Assembly (NCBI GenBank): GCA_963735805.1
Contig: CAVTMK010000002.1
Span: 1,344,001-1,408,000, forward strand
Reading direction: 5' to 3'
Source of the DNA: an uncultured Verrucomicrobiae bacterium
Lineage (GTDB): Bacteria > Verrucomicrobiota > Verrucomicrobiia > Chthoniobacterales > UBA10450
Length of the DNA stretch: 64,000 bases
The notes beneath the pieces were generated by a model, which was not told where the DNA came from, did not search any database, and was given only the letters and a program-made list of their open reading frames with translations. Positions 10,038-19,974 of this stretch are shown here, piece after piece. The stretch's first letter is position 1. The number at the start of each line of letters is the position of its first letter. A program made the translations under genes and the position numbers.

Positions 10038-10306
10038 AAATCGTTTCGGCTTGAGCTCTGGCTTGAAATCCGTGCTTCAGTTTTTCCGCACTCGTAAGCA
10101 CAGCTGCCGAACGCAATTGCCCAGAACAGCAGCCAGCCGACACCGCCGGAGTACGCACAGACGAGCATGTTAAAAAACAACGGGATTAGCAAAAGCTGCG
10201 AGCCTACGACTTTACAGTCTGTCAGGTTTTTCATTTGGACTTTGCTTCCCTTTTTTGGTCTGACGCCGCATCCCTGCGGGCAATTCAGCCAAACAGTGGG
10301 TTTCAT
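10034..10306 (-). CDS. Hypothetical membrane protein
   Basis: ATGA-coupled to both neighbours; two hydrophobic segments. Confidence 0.45.
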   Translation of the reverse strand: MKPTVWLNCPQGCGVRPKKGSKVQMKNLTDCKVVGSQLLLIPLFFNMLVCAYSGGVGWLLFWAIAFGSCAYECGKTEARISSQSSSRNDL

Positions 10307-10542
10307 CGGCGCGGTCTTACGCCGACCAGGTTGTCGCCTTCGAACATCAGTCCGTTACGGTAGATGTCGATCTCGCGTTTGCCGATGATCAAACGAGACG
10401 TGGGTGTGCCTGACACTTGCCCGGCTTCCTGCCGCCGCAGGATGTAGTTGCGGTTGCGATGGCGCGGCTCGGCGCGGCTCGGCTCGGCTTGGGCCATCCC
10501 TAGCGTCACCGCGATTAGCACTGCTATTGCGATTGTTCTCAT
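10303..10542 (-). CDS. Hypothetical small secreted protein
   Basis: Signal peptide MRTIAIAVLIAVTLGMAQA; purine-rich RBS upstream. Confidence 0.55.
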   Translation of the reverse strand: MRTIAIAVLIAVTLGMAQAEPSRAEPRHRNRNYILRRQEAGQVSGTPTSRLIIGKREIDIYRNGLMFEGDNLVGVRPRR

Positions 10543-11203
10543 CGTGTTCCTTTCTGTTGTTGAGGTTTGGATTGTCGTTTTCTTACGGATAAGCGAGCCT
10601 TTAGCAGCTTCCTTCATGCATTGCGTAGTTGACGTTCAAACCATCGCATCTTTGGTCATTGTGCCGCGCATGCTAGACCACGGCCCCCGTCATCATGTTT
10701 TGCGAGCAGATCGGACCGAGTGCGTTTCGGCTTGGTTTCGCCACCAACGTCGAACCGATTGGATGACGTCGATTATTGCGTTTCATTAATTTTCCTCCGA
10801 TTGCGGGTTCTAAAATCGGCAATCCACGCCCTGATCTCGAATGCCTCCTGTCTTCTGCCGTTTCTCTCATGGATGTCGGCTTGCCATCGAAGCATATCGA
10901 GCTGGTGATGCTCGTATTCCGCCACCGTCTGCTCACTTGTTGAATTCATGTTGTATAAGTTTACGGCCCCGCTTACTGGGTGCGCCTTTTATGCGCGTTG
11001 CTGGCGCGTTTCACTTCCTTCTCCGAAACGATGAGACAGAGTTTTCGGAAGAGTTAAAGATTTTCGTTACCTGTCGATTCGTCGGAAATCAAACATCGCG
11101 TTGCCCGATTATTGTGCGGTTACCCGTTCTTAATCCAGTTGAGCAATACCATGTAGCGCCGATCGATAATCATGTGCATGTAAGCACGTGTGCGGGATGA
11201 ACT

Positions 11204-11443
11204 TCATGGCCGCATGTTGTCGAGTTGTGTTTGCGCCTGCTTCAACCGCTGGCGCAAGCCCTTGATGTATTCATCGTCAGGTTCGCGCTCTTGTTGGTGC
11301 ATTTCCAGCAATGCCCGTAAGACTTCGACGCGGTGCTTTTTCTCCATCACACGTTCAGCGTGTTCAAACTCGCGTACAACAGCCCTGTATCGGGCTTTTG
11401 TCGCTGCTGGTCCTTGGTTGTTATCTGCTGTTTTAATAGTCAC
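11204..11443 (-). CDS. Hypothetical helical protein
   Basis: 79 aa; overlaps the stop of the upstream ORF. Confidence 0.5.
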   Translation of the reverse strand: MTIKTADNNQGPAATKARYRAVVREFEHAERVMEKKHRVEVLRALLEMHQQEREPDDEYIKGLRQRLKQAQTQLDNMRP

Positions 11444-11628
11444 TTCGTCATTTGCTTGAGCAGCTTGATTTGCTCATTCATTTTTGCCCACACGATGAGT
11501 GGGAAGATTGTCCACACAACAATCAGCATTGCGCTGAATCCTATCGCCGCTAGCATCGCAATTCCGAAAAACGTACCTGCGCCAGTGGCAGCATCGGCTG
11601 CTTGTGTTACCGCAATCATGGTTATCAT
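11440..11628 (-). CDS. Hypothetical single-TM protein
   Basis: 62 aa with a long hydrophobic stretch. Confidence 0.5.
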   Translation of the reverse strand: MITMIAVTQAADAATGAGTFFGIAMLAAIGFSAMLIVVWTIFPLIVWAKMNEQIKLLKQMTK

Positions 11629-11808
11629 TTTATTGCGTTTTCTGTTGTTGGTTGTGACGCTGAAGCCTCCGCCTCATAATATTACTCCTAACATACGTAT
11701 GATTGGCGCATGTCAAGCGACACATTTGACGCCGACGTTTTTTGGGCCTATAGAATCCTTGCTTTCAGCCTGCGTGCTGGCCTATGAACGAGGTGTAAAA
11801 AGGTGCCA

Positions 11809-12102
11809 ATGCCAAAGTCCAAAAAGAACAAGAACAAATCGAAGCTCAACCTGACGGTACGCGAGGAGCAACGAAACAAACTGGAACAAATGGCAGCTTT
11901 AGAGAGCCGTTCTGTCTCCAATCTTATCGAGGTTATGGCCGATGAGCGTTGGGAGCGATTGGCCGAGCAGCAGGGGATTGCTTACGCTAAAACTGTCGCG
12001 GAGGCGATGAACCTTAAACTCGACATGGATAATCCAGCAGACCGCGAGAAATTGCGCCGAGCAATTCTCGGTCTTGTCGCCGAGAGAAAAATGCCAAAAT
12101 AA
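11809..12102 (+). CDS. Ribbon-helix-helix (CopG/Arc-like) DNA-binding protein
   Basis: 'KLNLTVREEQRNKLEQMAALESRSVSNLIE' fits the beta-alpha-alpha RHH pattern; GAGG RBS upstream. Confidence 0.7.
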   Translation: MPKSKKNKNKSKLNLTVREEQRNKLEQMAALESRSVSNLIEVMADERWERLAEQQGIAYAKTVAEAMNLKLDMDNPADREKLRRAILGLVAERKMPK

Positions 12103-12325
12103 AAACGGCACGATTTGAAATTCTCTCGCTGTGGGTGTACTCGACGAGACTTTCGGATGAGCATCACCGAGCTGTAAGACTCTTTGAAATCATAGCCGAG
12201 ACGACGAAGCCGAAAAATTAAAGCTGGATCGGTGCTACGGGCTTGGCATCACGCCGTTCTCTAGGCTTAAAGGAATTTTCCATGCTTCCGGTTCCACCGG
12301 CGCGATGCCCGGGCCATTCCGTCGA

Positions 12326-12356
12326 TAGGACTAAAGGCCCATGGCCTAAGGTCCCA
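12326..12356 (+). promoter_or_regulatory. Tandem operator boxes 5a/5b (TAGGAC-TAAA-GGCCCA; ATGGCC-TAAG-GTCCCA)
   Basis: Two boxes offset by 15 bp, followed by TAGACA, 17 bp, CAAACT. Confidence 0.7.
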
Positions 12357-12507
12357 TAGACAGCTGTCGGGATTTCTTACAAACTCTTTGTTGTCTGGAA
12401 CGGGGGTCATGGCAGAAAGCCTGTCTCCCCGGAGCTTTCTTCCCCTTTTCTGGAGCCGCGGCGAAGGGTCAACCCACCGGGGGTAAATCAAAGAAAGCAA
12501 AACGAAC

Positions 12508-13752
12508 ATGAAACCTCAACACTCAGTTCACATTCTTATGGCGATTGTCTGCATCGGGCTTTCACCGCAAACCCGGGCAGTCGATCCACCGCACACACCG
12601 GATCCGCCTCCTCTCCCGATAAGCAACACGGCCGATGGGCTAAGCGCTCTTGCTGGCCTAGCCGGCGGTATATACAACTCGGCATTCGGTATATACGCGC
12701 TCCTAAGTAACGGCGCGGCCGACTTCAACACTGGTATCGGCGCTGGCGTGCTGCTAAGCAACACCGCGAATGAACAAACGGCCGTTGGCGCAGGCACACT
12801 TTTAACCAATACCAGCGGTGAGAACAATACCGGTTGCGGCACATTCGCGCTGTTCACGAACTCGACAGGTGGGTTCAACAATGCTGTCGGCGCTAACTCG
12901 CTCCTTTTCAACGTGGATGGGAGTGGCAACAACGCCCTTGGCGAGAGCGCGCTGTTTAGCAATATCCACGCCTCTTTCAACACGGCCATCGGCGATACTG
13001 CGCTTTTCAACAATGACTCGAGCGGACTCGGCATTGGCGTCCACAACACGGCAGTTGGCGATCGTGCGCTCTTTAGTAACACTGATTCCTTTAATAACAC
13101 CGCAGTGGGGTCGCTCGCGCTCATGGGTAATGACTCCGCGGCCGCCGCCACTGCCAACAACAACACGGCAGTTGGCTCGCGGGCGCTCAGAGACAACATT
13201 AATGCGACTTCAAACACCGCCGTGGGGTCCCTCACGCTCCAAAATAATGACAACACCGGAAACGGCACTGCTTTCGCCAACACGGCAGTTGGCTTTCAGG
13301 TGCTTTTCACTAACACTGATGGCGGTTTCAACACCGCCATTGGTTATCAAGCGCTCATGAATAGCACCGGAACCGGTAACACGGTCTTGGGAGCGAGTGC
13401 CGGCAGTGGTGTCACCACGGCCAGTAACGTTATAGCGATCGGTTCCGTGGGTGCTGACGTGAGCAACAGCTGCTTTATCGGCAACATCTCGGGTGTAGCA
13501 GTCACCGGTGACCCGGTTGTGGTGGATGGAAACGGCCAGCTTGGCGTTGCCCCCGCGGGATCGCCTCTGTCGGCAAACGAGTTGCTCAAACAGCAGCGCG
13601 TTGTGCAGGAATTGAAGGCCACAACTGAAAGACAAGCGGCAGTGATCGCTTTGCAGGAAGGGCAAATTAAAGCCCTGACCACGGGCCTGCAGAAAGTGAG
13701 CGCGCAGCTTGAAACAAGCAAAACCGCGCCCCGAGTAGTCAACAATCCCTAG
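12508..13752 (+). CDS. Secreted NTAxGxxAL-repeat (YadA-head/tail-fibre-like) protein with C-terminal coiled coil
   Basis: Signal peptide; many ~14-aa NTAVG..AL repeats; coiled-coil C-terminus. Confidence 0.8.
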   Translation: MKPQHSVHILMAIVCIGLSPQTRAVDPPHTPDPPPLPISNTADGLSALAGLAGGIYNSAFGIYALLSNGAADFNTGIGAGVLLSNTANEQTAVGAGTLLTNTSGENNTGCGTFALFTNSTGGFNNAVGANSLLFNVDGSGNNALGESALFSNIHASFNTAIGDTALFNNDSSGLGIGVHNTAVGDRALFSNTDSFNNTAVGSLALMGNDSAAAATANNNTAVGSRALRDNINATSNTAVGSLTLQNNDNTGNGTAFANTAVGFQVLFTNTDGGFNTAIGYQALMNSTGTGNTVLGASAGSGVTTASNVIAIGSVGADVSNSCFIGNISGVAVTGDPVVVDGNGQLGVAPAGSPLSANELLKQQRVVQELKATTERQAAVIALQEGQIKALTTGLQKVSAQLETSKTAPRVVNNP

Positions 13753-13789
13753 AGCTGCGCCCGTTCCAATACGGCAAAACATTACAATC

Positions 13790-13822
13790 AGCCGCCATGC
13801 TTCAGCGCGTGGCGGCTTTTTG
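13790..13822 (+). terminator. Rho-independent terminator
   Basis: AGCCGCCATGC-loop-GCGTGGCGGCT followed by a T-tract. Confidence 0.8.
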
Positions 13823-13925
13823 TTTCACGCTTATGGTTCTTTGAACTCGCCTTTGTGCCTGCGTACTTGGATCAGTTTGCCATTGGCCGCAAGATAGTCG
13901 CGGCTAAAAACTCTCGCGCCTGACC

Positions 13926-15545
13926 GTGCCTTTCGATATTAATAACTTTCTGCAAAACAAGAACCTAAACCACCTCGACTGCCAATCCATTCTCTATTGT
14001 TTTAAGCAATGCGTCTGTGGGCTGCTGATTGCGCTTTTATTGGGTGCATGCGGCGGTCTCCCGAAGGATGGCGGGCGAACAGTTTCCGCCGCCATGACAG
14101 ACAACGGGCGTACAGGCCTGGCTAGGGCGGTGCGGCCCCGGGTCGTGGCGCATATAGGCCAGTCAGGCCTCCACCCACTTGCTGACGGACGTGAGGCACT
14201 GGCGTCGCGGCTAGCCTTAGCGGATGCTGCTCAACGGAGCCTCGATGTGCAGTATTTCATCTGGAATAAGGACATGACAGGCAAGGTCCTTCTCGAGCAT
14301 CTGCTCCGCGCGGCCGACCGCGGTGTACGTGTGCGCCTCTTGCTGGACGATCTCGGCACGGCGCCATCAGACGCAGTCCTGCTGGCCATCGATAGTCATC
14401 CAAATATCGAGGTGCGCATGTTCAAACCCGTGGTCCTGCGTTCGCCCCGGTTGCTCGGCATAATTGTCGACTTAGGACGATTAAATCAGCGGATGCACAA
14501 CAAGTCTTTCACTGCCGACGGGCAGGTTGCCATCGTCGGCGGCCGCAATATCGGCGACGAATATTTCGGAGCGCACGAGGCGATGAATTATGCCGATTTC
14601 GATGTAGCGGTCATCGGGCCCGTGGTAAAAGAAGTGTCCGACGAATTCGATCTTTATTGGAATAACCAGGCTTCGATCCCGATCGCCGCTCTTACTCGAC
14701 AAAACACGACGCCCAAGCAGTTGGCCGAGAAGCGAGTTGCACTCACCGAATATCACACGACTGCTGAGCGTTCCGCCTATGCAGCGACCGTGCGCGACAA
14801 TGAATTTGCCCGGCAACTCCGGCGCCGAAATGTTTCCTATTTCTGGGGGCGGGCCACGATCGTCGACGACCATCCCGACAAGGTGGCCACGTCCGCTGCC
14901 AACATTGAGACGCACCTCGCGCCGCAGTTACGCGACGTCGTCGGTAAAACAAAACGGGAGTTGTTCCTGGTCTCGCCTTACTTCGTACCGGGCAAGCAGG
15001 GCGTCGATCTTCTCGCGGGCGTGCACTAGCGCGGCGTGCGCGTTGTGGTGATCACTAATTCTCTGGCATCCACGGACGGGGTGATGGTCCACTCCAAATA
15101 CCAGCTCTACCGCAAGCCGCTCCTCGAAGCCGGTATAGAACTGTATGAGATTAAGCCGACCGCCGGCGCCCTTCACGAGCGGCGAGCGGGCAGCTTTCGC
15201 GGGCCGAGCGGGTCGGGGAGTGCGGGCTTGCATGCGAAGACATTCACATTCGACCGCCGGATTGGCTTTATCGGCTCGTACAATCTCGATCCGCGCTCGA
15301 GCAAACTGAACACGGAGATGGGTGTTCTCTTCAACTGTCCTGCGCTGGCGAAACGTCTGCCAGAAACGACCGAACGGGACCTCGACCGTAACGCATATCA
15401 CGTGGAACTCGACCGCAATCGCCTCACGTGGGTAACGCGCGAAGGTGACAAGCAAGTACGCTACAACTCCGAGCCCGAGGCCAGTCTTTGGATGCGTATC
15501 AAGGCCCAGGTGCTGAGTTGGCTCCCCATCGAGGGGCTGCTCTGA
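13926..15545 (+). pseudogene. Phospholipase D (ClsC/YmdC-like cardiolipin synthase family) lipoprotein interrupted by an in-frame TAG at 15027-15029
   Basis: Two HKD motifs (HNKSFTAD; HAKTFTFD). ORFs 13926 and 15036 are in the same frame; the paralog has Gln at the stop position. Confidence 0.8.
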
Positions 15546-15798
15546 GCATCTTGTCAAAAAACGTCGTGTGGTTGCAATTGCAGTTTCTGCGGCTGTTTGA
15601 AATCGTCCGCTTGTTGTGGGCGAGCGATCTGGATTGCAAACGCACATCGCGATGCCGGGAAGCGCTTCGGCGTGCAGTCAGATGAAATTCTGACCGCGTT
15701 TGGTGGCGCTCCATGTCAGGCTACGCCCTACAAAGTATTCAGGTATTGTAGTAATCTTTTTTCGTGACAAATGGAGGATTTCAGGTTGAAATCTCTTT

Positions 15799-15925
15799 TG
15801 CAACAAACTGCGAGCACTCAGCGGTGCGGAGAGGCGGGTATTGGACACCGTGCTGATTCATAACGCCGCGCAAGGTTAAGGTCCCCGTTTAATTTTTGTC
15901 CCTCGCAGTTTGTTGCACTTTTTTT
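15799..15925 (+). ncRNA. Candidate ~120-nt small RNA closed by a perfect 16-bp terminal stem
   Basis: TGCAACAAACTGCGAG (15799-15814) pairs with CTCGCAGTTTGTTGCA (15902-15917), then T7. GTGACA-17bp-TGAAAT lies directly upstream. Confidence 0.45.
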
Positions 15926-16118
15926 CGTGACAAAGCGCCATCCCAACTAAAGCGTTGCATTGTGCGTGCCAATGAAAAGTTGACGGCGTTAGTTGAACTT
16001 GAAGAAATCATCCGTCATGCTCGAAGCTGAGAACTGATTCAGTTCGACTTAAACTGAAAGAAAGATACGATCTCTGCAGGGCGGACGGAGAAACAAGGAG
16101 ATCAACGATATCAACGAC

Positions 16119-16421
16119 ATGACGACAAAAGCCTTATTTGTTAGACTCGAGGCTAAAGCCGGCAAAGAAAACGAAGTCGCTAAATTCCTGCGAGACGCGC
16201 AAGGCTTGGTTGCACAAGAACCCGCGACAACTGCGTGGTTCGGCATAAGACTTGGCCAAACTACCTTCGCTATCTTCGACGCATTTCAGGATGACGCCGG
16301 ACGCGACGCGCATCTGTCGGGGAAGGTTGCCAAGGCGCTGATGCAGAAAGCGCCCGAGCTATTAGCAGAGCCACCGACGATTGAGAAGGTCGACGTATTG
16401 GCAGACAGGCTGCCGGGTTAA
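16119..16421 (+). CDS. Antibiotic biosynthesis monooxygenase (ABM)/putative quinol monooxygenase family
   Basis: 'LEAKAGKENEV', 'EPATTAWF', 'FAIFDAF.DDAGRDAHL.GKVA'. Confidence 0.85.
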   Translation: MTTKALFVRLEAKAGKENEVAKFLRDAQGLVAQEPATTAWFGIRLGQTTFAIFDAFQDDAGRDAHLSGKVAKALMQKAPELLAEPPTIEKVDVLADRLPG

Positions 16422-16479
16422 TCGACCTAAAGTTACGGTTCTTGGCCTTTTGGCGCGCCGAAGCTCTCGTTTTGGTAGT

Positions 16480-17002
16480 TCAACAGAGCGATCTCTGTTC
16501 TTTGGCCGGAACGCCATTTCCCGTCCTGGCATACTTTGAGAGCGAGGAGCCATTTGTGTGGTTATCGTTTACCGAGCGCCCTTCATCAGCGTCAATGAAT
16601 TGAAACATTGTCTGGATCTCAGACCTGGAAACCATGCCTTCTTTTTTTTTCTCGGTTTCCAGCGTCTCCGAAAGTTCGTCATTCCAACCTCGTTTTCGCA
16701 TGAATTCATTCCACATATGAATCTCACCCTCGGACGGTCGATGTCCCATCGCAAAACACGACTGCAAAATTGCGCGCGTCGCTGAGGCCGTGGTTCACGT
16801 AGTCGACTACTAGCTCGTATCTTACTCGGAGAAAGGTTGCGCAATCTTCGTCAAAACCTTTTCCAAGGTTCAGTTCATATTCGAGAGGCAATTCTCCTTT
16901 GTTATGCCGACGGATTTTGTCCAGCATTCGGCCGAAATAAAACAAGCCGCCCACCTTGTCGTAGGGACTACGAAGACCCATGTCTCTCACACGACAGCCC
17001 AT
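16480..17002 (-). CDS. DUF5069 domain protein, +1 insertion at ~16775
   Basis: 'RSPYDKVGGLFYFGRMLDKIR' in one frame; 'WNEFMRKRGWND...TMFQFIDADEGR' in the other. Confidence 0.75.
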
Positions 17003-17233
17003 TTTCACGAACCTCCCGGAATTACTGAAAGTTATTAACAGTTCTTCACAAACCCTTGCAAGACTATTTTTCGGCCGCAATCACGCTGTCCTCTGCAGAC
17101 GGAGTCGACGAGTCGTTCTTTACTGCAATGGGGTTTTGCCGCGAGCGCTTCGAGATCGGCGAGGTGATTCGAACATGATTGGCGGCGACTTGGTTCGCCA
17201 CACTCAAAGAAATGCAACTGCGGCATTTCGTTA

Positions 17234-18484
17234 TTGCCGTGTGGAGATCAAAAAAGGCACAATTCGCCGCGCGTGAAATCCAACGTCACTGAACCCGCAG
17301 AATCCTTCTCGGGGGAACTACCTGATTTCTCACTGATCCTCGGCGGACCGCTCTTTCAGCTTCTCCGGCGCGCGCATCTCTGTGGCGACGTGGCTGAATT
17401 GGTGTGGCGTCGTGTGATCGCCTTGGCACTCATTGCGTGGCTTCCGTTGCTGATTCTCTCGATAACCGAAGGACACGCATGGGGCGATAGCGTCAAGGTG
17501 CCGTTCCTATTCGACGTGGACGTGCATGCGCGATTTCTGCTCGCGCTTCCATTGCTCGTTATGGCGGAACTCGTGGTTCACCGGCGGATGCGCCTCGTGG
17601 TGGGGACGTTTGTGAAGCGCAGCTTGGTGCCTGCCGATGCACGCTGGAGGTTTGACGCAGCCATCGCCGCGGCGATTCGCCTGCGCAATTCCGTGCTGGC
17701 GGAGGTGCTCCTCATCGCGCTCGTCTACGGAGTCGGCGTTCTGTTCATCTGGCGGACGAACGCGGCCATGGATTTGCCCACATGGTATGGGATGGGGCTG
17801 ACTGGGAAACTGCAACCGACGCTCGCCGGTTGGTGGCTTGGCTGCGTGAGTCTGCCTCTTATCCAGTTCATTCTCCTGCGATGGTATTTCCGGCTGCTCA
17901 TCTGGACGCGGTTTCTTTGGCACGTGTCGCGGATCGACCTGCGTCTTGTGGCTATTCATCCCGACCGCGCCGGCGGCCTCGGTTTTCTTTCCACCATCAC
18001 CTACGCCTTCGCTCCCTTACTTGCGGGCCAGGGAGTGCTCCTAGCCGGCGTGATGGCGAATAAGATCTTTTACGCAGGCGCGAAGCTGACCGACTTCAAG
18101 TTGGAACTCCTGGCGATGGTTATTATGATGCTGTTCTTCGTACTCGCGCCGCTGCTGGTGTTCACTCCTCGCCTGGCTCGCACCAAGCGCTTGGGTTTGG
18201 TGGAATATGGCGGGCTTGCCCAGCGTTACGTGCGGGAGTTTGACCAGAAATGGTTGCGCGGAGGTGCGCCGGTCGAGGAACCGCTGGTGGGCAGCGCTGA
18301 TCTCCAGTCGCTGGCCGATCTGGGCAACAGCTTTGAAATCGTGAAGGGCATGAAGCCCGTGCCGTTCGGCAAGGAGACGCTGCTGCAACTGGCCGTAATC
18401 TCGCTCGCGCCTGTGGCGCCGCTCGTCCTAACAATGATTCCGTTAGGCGAATTGCTTGACCGCTTCCTGCACGTCGTCTTCTAA
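17234..18484 (+). CDS. Conserved multi-pass membrane protein of unknown function (start possibly 17273)
   Basis: Several TM helices; 'FSLILGGPLFQ', 'HPDRAGGLGFL', 'DLQSLADLGNSF'. Confidence 0.8.
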   Translation: MPCGDQKRHNSPRVKSNVTEPAESFSGELPDFSLILGGPLFQLLRRAHLCGDVAELVWRRVIALALIAWLPLLILSITEGHAWGDSVKVPFLFDVDVHARFLLALPLLVMAELVVHRRMRLVVGTFVKRSLVPADARWRFDAAIAAAIRLRNSVLAEVLLIALVYGVGVLFIWRTNAAMDLPTWYGMGLTGKLQPTLAGWWLGCVSLPLIQFILLRWYFRLLIWTRFLWHVSRIDLRLVAIHPDRAGGLGFLSTITYAFAPLLAGQGVLLAGVMANKIFYAGAKLTDFKLELLAMVIMMLFFVLAPLLVFTPRLARTKRLGLVEYGGLAQRYVREFDQKWLRGGAPVEEPLVGSADLQSLADLGNSFEIVKGMKPVPFGKETLLQLAVISLAPVAPLVLTMIPLGELLDRFLHVVF

Positions 18485-18513
18485 TTGATCAGTAAGAAGT
18501 TTGGTGTAGTCCC

Positions 18514-18695
18514 ATGAAGTAATGGAAAGTCATAGCTGACAATCTCAAAAAGACGCTTTGCGGCACTGTCTTAACGGCTAATTCCAATTGGCGAGCGACC
18601 TGGATTGCTAACGCTCATCGGGGAGACGTGAAACCGTTTCGTTGTTTCACGTGGACGAAAAATCGACGGCGTTTCTGGAACGTGAATCAGTGATT
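18514..18695 (+). pseudogene. Decayed small ORF of the 'MKYWEIIADNL...DEKLTAFLELE' type
   Basis: Reads MK*WKVIADNLKK...WIANAHRGD...VDEKSTAFLERES with a stop and frameshifts; matching fragments at 9723-9740 and 15950-16010. Confidence 0.55.
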
Positions 18696-18790
18696 TGGTT
18701 GCGCGATTGCGCTTGACGAGCAGACCGGATTTTCTGCAAACTCAGCGTCGCTAAACGCATCTGAATCAGGCGAACAGAAGGAGCCGAAGT

Positions 18791-19120
18791 GTGAAACAGA
18801 TAATACTACTAATAATAGCCGGGCTTGTTGTGTCAGGCTGTTGTTCGACGGGGAATGAAATTCAACGTTTATCCACTTCCGATCTGCAACTGCGGCGCTA
18901 CGAACTTAATTATTGCTTGAGCATGACACGCAGGAGTCGGGACAGGCAACCGTGGCAGAGCAACGCCTATAATGACGTCAACGCCGACCTCGAAGAAAAG
19001 GAAGCCATCGAGCGAGAAATTACACGACGTGGCGTGACGGATTATCACTGGCCATCTTGGGTGACATACCAGTACGTACCTAATCATTGTCATTGCCAAT
19101 GTTGGGTTGTTACCCTTTGA
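18791..19120 (+). CDS. Hypothetical lipoprotein
   Basis: AGGAG RBS, GTG start, lipobox VSGC. Confidence 0.6.
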   Translation: MKQIILLIIAGLVVSGCCSTGNEIQRLSTSDLQLRRYELNYCLSMTRRSRDRQPWQSNAYNDVNADLEEKEAIEREITRRGVTDYHWPSWVTYQYVPNHCHCQCWVVTL

Positions 19121-19337
19121 AATCGGTAAAAAGAGAGCGACATATTACGGACGAGGGGTCATTTTTTACCTCTGGGGGAGACAATTGAGTGGCTGAACTT
19201 GCCCGGTTAGATGACGAAAGACTGATCGTTTCTTGTCCTACTCCTAACGGGAAAGAGATTACGGACTGACCTCGATGCTGGAAAAGCGCCGATGCGATGG
19301 ACTCGGCAATTCATGGTCAGGCCTCTGGCCTAACAAG

Positions 19338-19805
19338 TTATTCTTTGTCGTAAACTGCGGTGTTCGTAAACCTTTTCCCCTTCGCAGTGGTTCCGTTTAG
19401 ATTCACGACGCGGCTTTTTCCATCGGCAGACACGGCGATCCGGCCCTGGGCCACAATCTTGCCGCTCTTTTTGACGATCATATTGAGGGTATGATCATTT
19501 AGCTTCGTGTAGGAACGCATATCCGAATTGGGATCGCCGCTGACTTGGTAATCTTTGCCGTTGAATCTTCCTCTCCACTCACTATGGACAGGCTTTCCGT
19601 CTGCATCGACGCCGTCACCCGTCACAGTCACCTTGTCGCGGATTAGACGACTGTTATAGACGACCTTGGTATTCTTACCGGTGCCGCGTGTCAGCTTCGA
19701 CTTCGATTCGTTGAGCTTCCACGTGCCCTCGAAAGGATCAGCCGCGTATAACGTCCCGGCGGCCAAAATTAAACCCAAGCTTAGTGCGATGGTTTTGATT
19801 CTCAT
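19338..19805 (-). CDS. Secreted lipocalin-like beta protein
   Basis: Signal peptide followed by 'ADPFEGTWKLNESKS'. Confidence 0.75.
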   Translation of the reverse strand: MRIKTIALSLGLILAAGTLYAADPFEGTWKLNESKSKLTRGTGKNTKVVYNSRLIRDKVTVTGDGVDADGKPVHSEWRGRFNGKDYQVSGDPNSDMRSYTKLNDHTLNMIVKKSGKIVAQGRIAVSADGKSRVVNLNGTTAKGKRFTNTAVYDKE

Positions 19806-19922
19806 ATCTCTATAAAGCAAAAGTCTCGATAAAAGGTCAATGTTTTTCTGAGGATAATGGTGCCACGGCGTGAACTTCGGAAGCGTCGCTGCTCACAAGC
19901 AGCCTGATACCCTCTAAAGACA

Positions 19923-19938
19923 TAGCACTAAGGTCCAA
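19923..19938 (+). promoter_or_regulatory. Operator box 6 (TAGCAC-TAAG-GTCCAA)
   Basis: Followed by TAGGCA, 17 bp, (TGG)TAGACC; drives RNA copy B. Confidence 0.7.
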
Positions 19939-19974
19939 TAGGCAGCGGTTGCAAGGAGTGGTAGACCTAACTTA

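Noticed and set aside
15799..15917. Retron msr-msd or tRNA interpretation of the inverted-repeat unit
   Set aside because: No reverse transcriptase in the window; TCATAAC resembles a Met anticodon loop but there is no cloverleaf or T-arm.
9484..19922. Invertible segment between the two inverted RNA modules
   Set aside because: The copies are too diverged and no recombinase gene is present.
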